From a virus: a stretch of DNA of 64,000 bases. The notes under the pieces were generated by a model. That model was given only the letters and a program-made list of their open reading frames with translations, did no database searches and had not been told where the DNA came from. Both the position numbers and the translations under genes were made by a program. Shown piece by piece: positions 33,433 through 42,894 of the stretch (position 1 is the stretch's first letter; every line of letters starts with the position of its first letter). The stretch lies in the IMG/VR virus record IMGVR_UViG_3300050343_000182. One strand, given 5' to 3'.

Positions 33433-36204
33433 ATGGCATCAACACAACTTTCACCAGGGGTTGTTGTACTTGAAAGAGATCTGACCTCCGTAGCCAACGC
33501 AACAGTTGATAATGTTGCTGCTATTGTGGGATCCTTTGAAAAAGGACCCGTTGAGGCAATGACCACGGTCACCAGTGAGCGCGAGCTCCTGTCGATCTTC
33601 GGTCGTCCAAACGAGTATAACTACGAGTACTGGTTTTCTGCAGCACAATTCTTGCTGTATGGCGGCACCGTAAAGGTTGTCCGTGCAATGAATGACTCGC
33701 TCAAGAACGCAATCGATACTGCACAGTTTATCGTCGCAACCTTCAGCAGCACTGACACTACGCTGACAGTTGCAGCTGCAACCGATCTGGACGTTAACGA
33801 TCTGCTTCTTGTGGACGCAGAATTGCTCGTTATCCAGGCAGTCTCTGGTAACGACGTTACCGTGCTTCGCGGTCAACTTGCAACATCTGCTGCATCTCAC
33901 GCTGCTGCTGCTCCAGTAACTCTTATTGAGCCTGCTGGCACATCATCAACTATTAACGAAGGATCTACCTTCACCGACGCTGACGCCACTCTTACAGTGA
34001 CCTCTGCAACCACCCTTGGTGGCGGCACCAACTCTTACATTAGAGTTGATGACGAGATCATGCAGATCACTGGTGTTTCAGGTAACAACCTCAACGTGAC
34101 TCGCGGTCTGCTCGGCACTACTGCTGCTGCACACACCGATGGATCTGCCGTTGCACTGCAACTGGTAACAGCACAGAAGACTGAGATCAACGAAACAACT
34201 GCAACTGGTATCACTGCTCCACTCATCAAGAACGATGACGAGTATGAGACCAACGTTGAGAGCGCAGCAAACAACTGGAAGTGGGCAGCAAAATCTGCTG
34301 GTCTTCATGGTAACTCCATCCGCGTGGTAATGACCGACGCTGGTGCTGATCAGGTGTTGTCTTTGGCACAACCTACTAGCACTGAGTGGCAATTTGCCAG
34401 TGGTGCAGAAGTTGCATACTCTGCAGCAAACATCTACGCTAAGGTTTACACCTACGACACGATCGTCACCGTGGTTGACGACTCTACCCTGATTGGATCC
34501 TTCGAGAAGGACAACTACATCACTGCTGTTAGTGGTGGTGTTACTGGTCGTATTGTTGCTTGGGATCCTGAGACTCGCAAACTTGAAGTTGCTATCGACT
34601 CCTCCTCCGCTGACGTGCTGGAGATTGGCGATACCATTTCTGAGTTGGCAAACAGCAGCAACACTCCTGGTAGTGCAACTGGCGATGCCGCTACGGTTGA
34701 GGCAATCCGCAGAGAGTTGAGAGTTTCTCTTAACCCTGGATCTCCTAACTTCCAAGCAAACCAGAACGTTGCAGACTCAAATGCTGCTACTGTGCTGATT
34801 GCCGCAGTCGAAAGTGACTACGACACCCGCCTTTATGGGGTGAATCAGAGATGGGCAAACATCGCTCCTCGTCCTACTACATCCGCATATGTGGAAGATA
34901 GAGGTGGTTATAACGACCTGATGCACATCCTGGTCCTTGACGGCGACGGAAAACTGACTGGCACACCTGGCGCTCTCCTTGAGAAGCACCTCAACGTGTC
35001 TAAGGCAACCGATGCCAAGTCTCCTCAGGGTGACAACATCTACTACAAGAACGTTGTTAAGCAATTCTCGCAATTCCTGTATTGGGGATCGCATGAAGTT
35101 AACAACATCTATGATCGCGACACTAACGCTTCTGGCGGTTTCGGTCTTAGTGGTACCAACAGAGAGTTTGATCTGATTAAGTCTGACAACTCCCTCAACA
35201 ACCTTGATGACCCAACAGGTCTCAACCCCCTCGCTGTGCCTCTGGTTGGCACGAAGGGTCGCGCAACGTTGCGCTTTGCTCTCCAAGGTGGCATCGATGG
35301 TTATACCATCTCACGCCCTAACATCTTGGGTGCATACACACTCTTCAATGACGCTGAGACTGTGCAACTGGACTACATCCTGATGGGTCCTGGCATGAAT
35401 AGTTTGAATGATACTATCGCCAAAGCACAACACATCATCGGCATTGCAGATGCCCGTAAGGATTGTATCGCTTTCATCTCGCCATATAGAGGTGATATTG
35501 TCGGACAATCTTCAGTACCTCAAATTGTGCAACGCACAGTTGAGTACTTCGATCAACTTGGATCTTCCTCGTATACTGTCTTCGATAACAACTACAAGTA
35601 TATCTACGACAAGTATAACGATGTCTATCGTTACCTTCCTTGTAACGCTGACATGGCAGGTCTGGTATTGAGCACCACTCTTAATCAAGAGCCTTGGTTC
35701 TCTCCTGCAGGTTTCAACCGTGGTAACCTGAGAAACAGCATCAAACTTGCTTATTCTCCTTTGAAGGATCACAGAGATTTGCTTTATGCAGCAAGAGTTA
35801 ACCCCATCGTCGCATTCCCTGGTCAGGGTATGGTCCTCTTCGGAGACAAGACTGCACTGGGTTATCAATCTGCATTCGACAGAATCAACGTCCGCCGTCT
35901 CTTCCTCGTCATCGAAGAAGCGATCAGTAAAGCGGCTAAGACTCAACTCTTTGAATTGAATGATGAGTTTACTCGCCAACAATTCAAGAACATCGTTGAG
36001 CCTTTCCTGAGATCTGTCCAATCACGTCGTGGTATTGTTGACTTCTTGGTTGTCTGTGATGGCACCAACAACCCAGCGGAAGCAATTGACCGTGGTGAAT
36101 TCTACGCTGAGATCTTTGTGAAACCCACAAGATCCATCAACTTCATCACACTGACCTTCACGGCAACAAGGACTGGCGCTAGCTTTAACGAGCTCGTCAC
36201 CTGA
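33433..36204 (+). CDS. g18: Tail sheath protein gp18
   Basis: SPGVVVLERD, PWFSPAGFNRG, RVNPIVAFPGQG..LFGDKT, RINVRRLF, FVKPTRSINFITLTF. Confidence 0.97.
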   Translation: MASTQLSPGVVVLERDLTSVANATVDNVAAIVGSFEKGPVEAMTTVTSERELLSIFGRPNEYNYEYWFSAAQFLLYGGTVKVVRAMNDSLKNAIDTAQFIVATFSSTDTTLTVAAATDLDVNDLLLVDAELLVIQAVSGNDVTVLRGQLATSAASHAAAAPVTLIEPAGTSSTINEGSTFTDADATLTVTSATTLGGGTNSYIRVDDEIMQITGVSGNNLNVTRGLLGTTAAAHTDGSAVALQLVTAQKTEINETTATGITAPLIKNDDEYETNVESAANNWKWAAKSAGLHGNSIRVVMTDAGADQVLSLAQPTSTEWQFASGAEVAYSAANIYAKVYTYDTIVTVVDDSTLIGSFEKDNYITAVSGGVTGRIVAWDPETRKLEVAIDSSSADVLEIGDTISELANSSNTPGSATGDAATVEAIRRELRVSLNPGSPNFQANQNVADSNAATVLIAAVESDYDTRLYGVNQRWANIAPRPTTSAYVEDRGGYNDLMHILVLDGDGKLTGTPGALLEKHLNVSKATDAKSPQGDNIYYKNVVKQFSQFLYWGSHEVNNIYDRDTNASGGFGLSGTNREFDLIKSDNSLNNLDDPTGLNPLAVPLVGTKGRATLRFALQGGIDGYTISRPNILGAYTLFNDAETVQLDYILMGPGMNSLNDTIAKAQHIIGIADARKDCIAFISPYRGDIVGQSSVPQIVQRTVEYFDQLGSSSYTVFDNNYKYIYDKYNDVYRYLPCNADMAGLVLSTTLNQEPWFSPAGFNRGNLRNSIKLAYSPLKDHRDLLYAARVNPIVAFPGQGMVLFGDKTALGYQSAFDRINVRRLFLVIEEAISKAAKTQLFELNDEFTRQQFKNIVEPFLRSVQSRRGIVDFLVVCDGTNNPAEAIDRGEFYAEIFVKPTRSINFITLTFTATRTGASFNELVT

Positions 36205-36257
36205 TCATCCAACCATCTAAACCCCATTACATAAACCAATCGGAGTACTAGACAACA

Positions 36258-36935
36258 ATGTCAGAAAAATACCCAGGGCAGACAGAAGGCAAGATGGTCA
36301 ATGCACCAATCCTTGACTTCAGAAACAGAATCGGGGACCTCGCCCGCCCCAACCTATTTCAAGTTGAAATCGGTTTCCCTAGCATAGTCGATGAAGGCAC
36401 CCCAGCATCGGGTGCCACACCTGGATCTCAAGAGAAACTTCAGCAGGAAACTGCTGGTGCTTCCCAGGCAGGATCCTCCGCTTCATCTGGATCTCTCGCA
36501 ACCTTCCTTGTGAAGGCAGCAAACATCCCCGCTTCTACAGTGGGTGTGATTGAGGTTCCTTACAGAGGTAGGACACTCAAGATCGCTGGTGACAGAACCT
36601 TCGAGCCATGGACAGTTACTGTCCTCAACGACAAAGGATTCGCACTGCGCTCTAAGTTTGAAGAGTGGTCTACTAAGATCCAAAACCTGCAGCAAAACCT
36701 GCAAACACCTCAGAATATCTCTGAATATCAGTCTGGTGCAATTGTGCGTCAGTATGATAGACAGGGTGGTGTTGTAAGATCGTATCAGTTTGTTGGCATC
36801 TGGCCCTCAAACATCAGTGCAATTGATCTTGCATGGGATAGCAACGATACTCCTGAAGAGTATACTGTTGAATTCCAGGTCCAGTACTGGACATACGCTA
36901 ACGATAATAACGCTGGTAACAGTGTTTCTAAATAG
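36258..36935 (+). CDS. g19: Tail tube protein gp19
   Basis: ARPNLFQV, VPYRGRTLKIAGDRTFEPWTVTVLND, EEYTVEFQVQYW. Confidence 0.95.
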   Translation: MSEKYPGQTEGKMVNAPILDFRNRIGDLARPNLFQVEIGFPSIVDEGTPASGATPGSQEKLQQETAGASQAGSSASSGSLATFLVKAANIPASTVGVIEVPYRGRTLKIAGDRTFEPWTVTVLNDKGFALRSKFEEWSTKIQNLQQNLQTPQNISEYQSGAIVRQYDRQGGVVRSYQFVGIWPSNISAIDLAWDSNDTPEEYTVEFQVQYWTYANDNNAGNSVSK

Positions 36936-36950
36936 GTTAAATTCCTAGCG

Positions 36951-36958
36951 TATAAATA
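36951..36958 (+). promoter_or_regulatory. T4 late promoter (TATAAATA)
   Basis: Perfect consensus 26 nt upstream of g20. Confidence 0.85.
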
Positions 36959-36983
36959 ATTGATAATGTATAGGGACAGTTGA

Positions 36984-38618
36984 ATGTCACAACTATTTGG
37001 TTATTCCCTAGATCGAAAGAAAGGTAAGGGCTCTGCGAAGGGTCCTTCTTTCGTGCATAAAGACAATGACGATGCCGCGCAACCCATTGCTGCTGGTGGA
37101 CATTTTGGTCAGTATGTAGATCTGGGAGACTCGGCAAACAAGTCGAGCGATGTCGATCTTATTGGTCGGTATCGTGGAATGTCTTTGCATCCTGAAGCGG
37201 ATGCAGCAATTAATGACATTGTGAATGAGGCAATCGCTGGAGATCTTGACGATCACCCTGTTGATATTGAGCTTTCAAATCTTAAAGTGTCTGACGCTAT
37301 TAAGACTCGTATCAGAGAGGAGTTTGAGAATGTTCTCAGTCTCCTCGATTTTGATAGAAAGGCATACGATATCTTCCGTAGATGGTATATCGATGGTCGC
37401 CTCTTTTACCATAAGATGATTAACCCTGATAATCCCAAGGAAGGGATTACAGAGTTGAGGTATATTGATCCTCGCAAAATCAAGAAAGTTATCGAGTATG
37501 ATAAACCCAAGGATCGCATTTCACCTGCAGATCCACAGGTCAACGTGCTGATTCCTAAGGCAGTTGAGTATTATATTTACGCGCCTAAGGGTCTACGCGG
37601 TTACGAAAACAATGGAATCAAGATTGCACCTGATGCAATTTGCTATGCCCACTCAGGGCAACTTGATATGCAGCGCAACACTGTGCTGTCACACCTCCAT
37701 AAAGCAATTAAAGCACTCAATCAACTGAGAATGATTGAGGATTCGCTTGTTATCTATCGTCTCTCTCGCGCACCCGAGCGTAGAATTTTCTACATCGATG
37801 TGGGTAACCTGCCTAAGCAAAAGGCAGAGCAATACCTCAGAGAGGTGATGTCTCGCTACAGAAATAAGTTGGTGTATAACGCTGACACTGGTGAGATTCG
37901 TGATGACAAGAAATTCATGTCTATGCTGGAAGATTTCTGGTTGCCAAGACGTGAAGGTGGACGCGGCACTGAGATCACCACACTCCCAGGTGGACAAAAC
38001 CTAGGTGAGTTGGAGGATGTCAAGTACTTCCAGAAGAAACTCTACAGGTCACTCAACGTACCTGAGTCACGTCTAGAATCTGACTCTTCTTTTAACGTTG
38101 GTAGGTCTGCAGAGATCACCCGTGACGAAGTTAAATTCCAAAAATTCGTCGTTAGACTCCGCAAGAAGTTTGGTGATCTGTTTAACGATCTGCTTAAGAC
38201 TCAACTTATTCTGAAAGGTGTCTTCACACCTGAAGAGTGGGAAGATATGAAAGAGCATATTCAATATGATTTTGTTGCTGACAACTACTTCGCTGAGTTG
38301 AAAGAGCAAGAGATCATGAATGCTCGTATGGCACTTCTGCAGCAGATGGACCCATTCGTGGGCAAATACTTCTCGCTGGAATACATGCGTCGTCAGATCC
38401 TTAAGCAACCTGATGCCCTATTCAAGGACATCGATAAGGATATGGCGCAAGAGATCAAAGACGGTAAGGTCATTGATCCTATGCAAATGCCAGCAATGGA
38501 AGTAGAGCAAATGGCAATGTCACTCCAACCAGAGCCAGTTGATCCTGAGCAACAAGCTATGGATCAATACGCGCAGCAGGGAATCGATCCTGCGGATCGT
38601 AAAAAAGGAGATTTCTAA
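36984..38618 (+). CDS. g20: Portal protein gp20
   Basis: WYIDGRLFYHK, YRLSRAPERRIFYIDVGNLP, EDFWLPRREGGRGTEITTLPGGQNLG. Confidence 0.98.
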   Translation: MSQLFGYSLDRKKGKGSAKGPSFVHKDNDDAAQPIAAGGHFGQYVDLGDSANKSSDVDLIGRYRGMSLHPEADAAINDIVNEAIAGDLDDHPVDIELSNLKVSDAIKTRIREEFENVLSLLDFDRKAYDIFRRWYIDGRLFYHKMINPDNPKEGITELRYIDPRKIKKVIEYDKPKDRISPADPQVNVLIPKAVEYYIYAPKGLRGYENNGIKIAPDAICYAHSGQLDMQRNTVLSHLHKAIKALNQLRMIEDSLVIYRLSRAPERRIFYIDVGNLPKQKAEQYLREVMSRYRNKLVYNADTGEIRDDKKFMSMLEDFWLPRREGGRGTEITTLPGGQNLGELEDVKYFQKKLYRSLNVPESRLESDSSFNVGRSAEITRDEVKFQKFVVRLRKKFGDLFNDLLKTQLILKGVFTPEEWEDMKEHIQYDFVADNYFAELKEQEIMNARMALLQQMDPFVGKYFSLEYMRRQILKQPDALFKDIDKDMAQEIKDGKVIDPMQMPAMEVEQMAMSLQPEPVDPEQQAMDQYAQQGIDPADRKKGDF

Positions 38619-38621
38619 ATA
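38615..38621 (+). promoter_or_regulatory. T4-type late promoter variant (CTAAATA)
   Basis: Overlaps g20 stop, upstream of prohead core gene. Confidence 0.5.
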
Positions 38622-38644
38622 GTATTACTGAATTCTTAATAATT

Positions 38645-38893
38645 ATGCCAACCCAATCCGCGCTTGAGATCGTCAACGCATTGTTTGCAGGTCAAAAAGA
38701 TCTATCAGACTACGTTGATTCTGCTATGAAAGTCGTAGCGGTTGATCAAATTGACGCCAAGAAGCAAGAAGTCGGATCCTCAATGTTTAAGGAACCCGAC
38801 GAAACACCTGAAGTCGAAGCATCTGCAGAGACCGAGGTAACTGATACCCCACCAGAGGAAACAACAGATGAGACTGATCAGAGAGGAGATTGA
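38645..38893 (+). CDS. Prohead core protein (gp67-like position)
   Basis: Small acidic ORF between g20 and g21. Confidence 0.6.
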   Translation: MPTQSALEIVNALFAGQKDLSDYVDSAMKVVAVDQIDAKKQEVGSSMFKEPDETPEVEASAETEVTDTPPEETTDETDQRGD

Positions 38894-39515
38894 ATCCGCA
38901 AAGGTAACGATCACTGAAGGTAAGGATGGTAAGAAACGCCACTTTATCGAAGGTGTTTTCTTGCAGGGTGAGATCAAAAATAGAAATGGTCGCATGTATC
39001 GCGCCGAAACTTTGCAACGTGAAGTTGCTAAATACAACGAGCAATACATCACCAAAGGTCGCGCACTAGGTGAGTTGGGTCATCCTGATGGTCCTACTAT
39101 TAATCTTGACCGCGTGTCTCATCTAATTACTTCTCTGCAAAGAGAGGGTAACAACTTCGTAGGTAAGGCAAGACTTCTCGATACCCCCATGGGTAACATC
39201 GCTAGAAATCTTCTCGACGAAGGTGTAAAACTAGGTGTATCTTCGAGAGGTCTTGGATCTATCAAAGAGGAAGGTGGTATTAAAGTTGTCGCTGATGACT
39301 TTATGCTTGCCACTGCTGCGGATATCGTAGCAGATCCTTCTGCCCCTGACGCTTTTGTCAATGGCATTATGGAAGGAAGAGAGTGGGTCTATGCTGGAGG
39401 CGCAATCCAAGAGCAAAGAATCGAGAAGATTAAACAGAGAATTGATAACGCCCACCGTTCTCAGTTGGATGAGATGAAACTTTCCGCGTTTCACTCCTTC
39501 ATCAAAAATCTTTAA
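38868..39515 (+). CDS. g21: Prohead protease gp21
   Basis: FIEGVFLQ..KNRNGRMY, RALGELGHP, LGVSSRGLGS, DIVADPSAPDA. Confidence 0.97.
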   Translation: MRLIREEIESAKVTITEGKDGKKRHFIEGVFLQGEIKNRNGRMYRAETLQREVAKYNEQYITKGRALGELGHPDGPTINLDRVSHLITSLQREGNNFVGKARLLDTPMGNIARNLLDEGVKLGVSSRGLGSIKEEGGIKVVADDFMLATAADIVADPSAPDAFVNGIMEGREWVYAGGAIQEQRIEKIKQRIDNAHRSQLDEMKLSAFHSFIKNL

Positions 39516-39517
39516 TC

Positions 39518-39525
39518 TATAAATA
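39518..39525 (+). promoter_or_regulatory. T4 late promoter (TATAAATA)
   Basis: Perfect consensus upstream of g22. Confidence 0.85.
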
Positions 39526-39565
39526 ACTATAGCAAATATCGCACGTTTGTAAACCAGGAGACAAA

Positions 39566-40600
39566 ATGTCACAAGAGATTGAAACAACTCTGGATGAATC
39601 GAGTGTAACCGCTGGCGCAAAACCTGCCGAACCACAGCCCAAACTGGGCGCTGACGGTAGTAGTCTCGCTGGAGTACAAGATCTCGGTGGTCCAACACCA
39701 CAGAATAGCAAACCCACAGATGACAGCAATAAGTATAAGACTGTTGCTGGTGGAAATGCTGCTGCACCCACAACAAAACCCTCTGACGCCTCTGGCGCTA
39801 AAGCAGAATTTGCTGCTAAGGGTGATGTGAAGGCAGGTCACGAGCCCGAGGGCGATGTGATTGCTGAAGAGCCTCAGGAGACTGTAATTGAAGTAGACCT
39901 TTCTGCTGATGTTGCTGCTCTTACCGAAGGTGAAGAGCTGACTGAAGAATTCAAAGAGAAAGCAAAAACGATCTTTGAAGCAGCAGTCGTATCACGCATC
40001 AACGAAGAGTTGGAGCGTATGCACGAGGACTACGCTAAAGTCCTTGAAGAAGAAATTGAGTCTGTTAAGTCCGACCTCGCAGAAAAAGTCGATGAGTATC
40101 TGACTTATGCTGTTGGTCAATGGATGACAAAGAATGAGCTCGCCATTGAGCAGGGTATCAAAACCGAAATGGCTGAGTCCATGCTTGCAGGTCTCAAGCA
40201 AGTTTTCGTGGAGAACTATATTGATCTCCCCGAAGAAAAAGTTGATGTTGTAGAAGAAATTCAGACACAACTCGATGTAATGGAAACAAAACTCAACGAG
40301 TCTATTGAAGAAAATGTCGAGCTTAATAAGAGCGTCGGCACCTATATCAAGAATGGGATTGTGACAGAGATCGCTGAGGGACTATCACTCGCTCAACGCG
40401 AGAAGATTGTATCCCTGGCGGAAGCTGTTGAGTTTGAAAATGAAGAGTCTTTCCGTGCGAAGGTCTCTACCCTCCGTGAATCGTATTTCTCCACTAAGCC
40501 TGAAGTGACTACTGTCACTGAGGATGTCCAAGTTGAGAATCTTCCTGTTGGTGACGCTATGGCAGCATATGCCCAAGCGATCTCCCGCTGGAACAAGTAA
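39566..40600 (+). CDS. g22: Prohead scaffold protein gp22
   Basis: EEFKEKAKTIFEAAV, VDEYLTYAVGQWM, F.AKVSTLRESYF; between g21 and g23. Confidence 0.92.
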   Translation: MSQEIETTLDESSVTAGAKPAEPQPKLGADGSSLAGVQDLGGPTPQNSKPTDDSNKYKTVAGGNAAAPTTKPSDASGAKAEFAAKGDVKAGHEPEGDVIAEEPQETVIEVDLSADVAALTEGEELTEEFKEKAKTIFEAAVVSRINEELERMHEDYAKVLEEEIESVKSDLAEKVDEYLTYAVGQWMTKNELAIEQGIKTEMAESMLAGLKQVFVENYIDLPEEKVDVVEEIQTQLDVMETKLNESIEENVELNKSVGTYIKNGIVTEIAEGLSLAQREKIVSLAEAVEFENEESFRAKVSTLRESYFSTKPEVTTVTEDVQVENLPVGDAMAAYAQAISRWNK

Positions 40601-40630
40601 TAACCCTTTCATTTAACCTAAGAGTCTAAA

Positions 40631-41992
40631 ATGTTTAACGCAGAATCACTCCAGGAAAAGTGGAACCCCATTCTTGAGCACAATGAGCTCGATCCTATTA
40701 AGGATACCTACAGAAAGGCGGTTACCTCAGTCCTCTTGGAGAACCAAGAAAAATTCCTTAAGGAAGAGCGCGGTCTGGTAACAGAAGCTGCTCCTACTAA
40801 CTCACTGGGCGGCACTGGCTTCTCAGGTGGCAGCACCGCAACTGGTCCTGTCGCAGGTTTCGACCCTGTGCTGATCTCTCTGATCAGACGCTCCATGCCT
40901 AAGCTTATTGCTTATGACATCTGCGGCGTGCAACCAATGACTGGTCCTACTGGACTGATCTTTGCAATGCGCTCCACAACGGGCACCAACAGAGACATCG
41001 CTAACAGCGGCGTTGAGACTTTCTTCAACGAAGTTAACTCCGAGCATTCTTCCGAGAATAGTGCAAACGGTCTTGCATCTAACACTCAGACTGGATCTAA
41101 TCCTGGTCTGCTTGCTGATGGTGCTGGTCAGTACACGATCGGCGGTCAGGGCATGACCACTGCTCAGTCTGAAACACTGGGTGATGGCGCTTCTAACCAC
41201 TTCAACGAAATGGGCTTCTCGATCGAGAAGGTCACCGTTACTGCGAAGTCAAGAGCTCTGAAAGCAGAATACAGTCTTGAGCTTGCTCAGGACCTTAAGG
41301 CAGTCCATGGTCTGGATGCCGAAAGCGAGCTTGCAAACATCCTCAGCACTGAAGTGCTGGCAGAGATCAACCGTGAGGTTGTCCGTACTGTTTACAAGAT
41401 TGCTCGTCCTGGCGCTCAGAACAACACTGCAACTGCAGGTGTGTTTGACCTCGACGTTGACTCCAACGGTCGCTGGTCAGTTGAGAAATTCAAAGGTCTT
41501 CTCTTCCAAATCGAGAGAGACATGAATGCGATTGGTCACGAGACTCGTCGTGGGAAGGGCAACATCCTCATCTGCTCTGCTGATGTGGCTTCCGCTCTGT
41601 CCATGGCTGGTGTGCTTGACTACACCCCTGCTCTGTCTGGTAACGCTCAGTTGCTGCCCGACGACAACAGCAGCACCCTTGCTGGTACGCTTAACGGTCG
41701 TATTAAGGTCTACGTCGATCCTTACTCTGCCAACGTTTCCGATGCTCACTTCTATGTGGCTGGTTACAAAGGTAGCAGTGCTTATGACGCAGGTCTCTTC
41801 TACTGCCCTTATGTGCCCCTCCAGATGGTCCGCGCTGTGGGTCCTGATACCTTCCAACCAAAAATTGGATTTAAGACTCGTTACGGAATGGTCGCTAACC
41901 CATTCGCTGAAGGTCTTACCCAAGGTCAAGGTGCTCTCACCGCTAACGCTAACCGTTACTACAGACGTGTTAAGGTCACCAACCTCATGTGA
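40631..41992 (+). CDS. g23: Major capsid protein gp23
   Basis: KWNPILEH, FDPVLISLIRRSMP, GVQPMTGPTGLIFAMR, KSRALKAEYSLELAQDLKAVHG, FQPKIGFKTRYG. Confidence 0.99.
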   Translation: MFNAESLQEKWNPILEHNELDPIKDTYRKAVTSVLLENQEKFLKEERGLVTEAAPTNSLGGTGFSGGSTATGPVAGFDPVLISLIRRSMPKLIAYDICGVQPMTGPTGLIFAMRSTTGTNRDIANSGVETFFNEVNSEHSSENSANGLASNTQTGSNPGLLADGAGQYTIGGQGMTTAQSETLGDGASNHFNEMGFSIEKVTVTAKSRALKAEYSLELAQDLKAVHGLDAESELANILSTEVLAEINREVVRTVYKIARPGAQNNTATAGVFDLDVDSNGRWSVEKFKGLLFQIERDMNAIGHETRRGKGNILICSADVASALSMAGVLDYTPALSGNAQLLPDDNSSTLAGTLNGRIKVYVDPYSANVSDAHFYVAGYKGSSAYDAGLFYCPYVPLQMVRAVGPDTFQPKIGFKTRYGMVANPFAEGLTQGQGALTANANRYYRRVKVTNLM

Positions 41993-42032
41993 TCCTGGAT
42001 GTTGTGGCGCTGGTTGCCCAACATGTCCTTTC

Positions 42033-42060
42033 AGACCTCCCGCAAGGGGGGTCTTTTTTT
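42033..42060 (+). terminator. Rho-independent terminator after g23
   Basis: AGACCTCCC-GCAA-GGGGGGTCT followed by a T run. Confidence 0.85.
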
Positions 42061-42148
42061 GTCTTTGTATAGTTACGTTAAAAAGTAAGGAAACTTAGTT
42101 ACGATATCAAAACAAACATAAGTAGTTAAGCAGATTTGAGGTATTCAA

Positions 42149-42307
42149 ATGCACAGTCTAACATCAAGAAATCAACTCAACGAGTGGAGACATTTTGAGG
42201 AAACTGTAGAGGAGCAAAGCTTGAATGATTATTATGAATGTCTAATTGAGTGCGATATCCAGAGTCAAACTGCATGTAAAAAGATCTGTAGGGAGTTGCT
42301 TGTGTGA
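42149..42307 (+). CDS. 52-aa protein with twin CX3C motif
   Basis: GAGG upstream; MHSLTSRNQLNEW...NDYYECLIECDIQSQTACKKICRELLV; flanked by terminators. Confidence 0.7.
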   Translation: MHSLTSRNQLNEWRHFEETVEEQSLNDYYECLIECDIQSQTACKKICRELLV

Positions 42308-42334
42308 GAGTCCCCTCACAGTAAACCTTGTCAG

Positions 42335-42358
42335 AGCACCCCTAGTGGGTGCTTTTTT
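42335..42358 (+). terminator. Rho-independent terminator
   Basis: AGCACCC-CTAGT-GGGTGCT followed by TTTTT. Confidence 0.8.
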
Positions 42359-42387
42359 GTTAAATACCTGTATACTGTGAGAGTAAT

Positions 42388-42549
42388 ATGCCTAGGACTA
42401 GGATGCAGAAGGTTGACCTCCTTGCCAAGATATACAAGCTGAAGACAGCACTATATAATGAGCATGAGGAAGAACATGACGAGTGGCACGATGGTGCTCA
42501 TCATGCGCTAAACTGTGTACTTGATCACTTACAAGAGTATAGAGAATGA
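42388..42549 (+). CDS. 53-aa His/Glu-rich hypothetical protein
   Basis: EHEEEHDEWHDGAHHALNCVLD; ATGA overlap with next ORF. Confidence 0.55.
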   Translation: MPRTRMQKVDLLAKIYKLKTALYNEHEEEHDEWHDGAHHALNCVLDHLQEYRE

Positions 42550-42680
42550 AAGATCTAGACTTCATCGATGACTTCCTAGATGCCAAGGAAAAAGAGCAAG
42601 AGAAGTCTGAGACTATCACCGAAGGTGATGCTAAAGACTGGGAAGATTTCTGGGAAAGATCTGACGATGGCGGAGAGTAA
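42546..42680 (+). CDS. 44-aa acidic hypothetical protein
   Basis: MKDLDFIDDFL...DWEDFWE; chained overlaps. Confidence 0.5.
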   Translation: MKDLDFIDDFLDAKEKEQEKSETITEGDAKDWEDFWERSDDGGE

Positions 42681-42867
42681 CTACGTCACAGAGGAAAAAT
42701 GCAAGGAGATGATCGATGATGCAATACGACAACATAATCGTAACGCTTCAATTATTTCAGTGTTTGTTGGGTGGATTGTTCTTGCACTTTTTGCTGAGGG
42801 TTTGCTTCGACTTATTGGAGTGATAGAGCCCGTATTCCCCTGGTTGGATATACATACTTTGCTATAA
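42667..42867 (+). CDS. Small membrane protein
   Basis: MIDDAIRQHNRNASIIS..GWIVLALFAEGLLRLIG. Confidence 0.6.
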   Translation: MAESNYVTEEKCKEMIDDAIRQHNRNASIISVFVGWIVLALFAEGLLRLIGVIEPVFPWLDIHTLL

Positions 42868-42870
42868 ATA
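42863..42870 (+). promoter_or_regulatory. T4 late promoter (TATAAATA)
   Basis: Perfect consensus upstream of g3. Confidence 0.85.
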
Positions 42871-42894
42871 CTAGGACAAGATATCCTATGACAC

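Noticed and set aside
33451-36021. Long minus-strand ORFs (up to 225 aa) opposite g18, and many similar ones opposite the fibre, DUF4815 and g23 genes
   Set aside because: Shadow frames produced by the strong codon bias of the sense genes; no ribosome-binding sites and no recognisable motifs.
42070-42130. HLR1/RpaB or NtcA site upstream of the twin-CX3C gene
   Set aside because: Half-sites are 26-27 nt apart rather than adjacent, and no GTA-N8-TAC is present; kept only as an unnamed repeat.
42149-42307. CP12 assignment for the small Cys-rich protein
   Set aside because: Lacks the AWD.VEEL core and the C-terminal C-x3-P-x4-C pattern of CP12.
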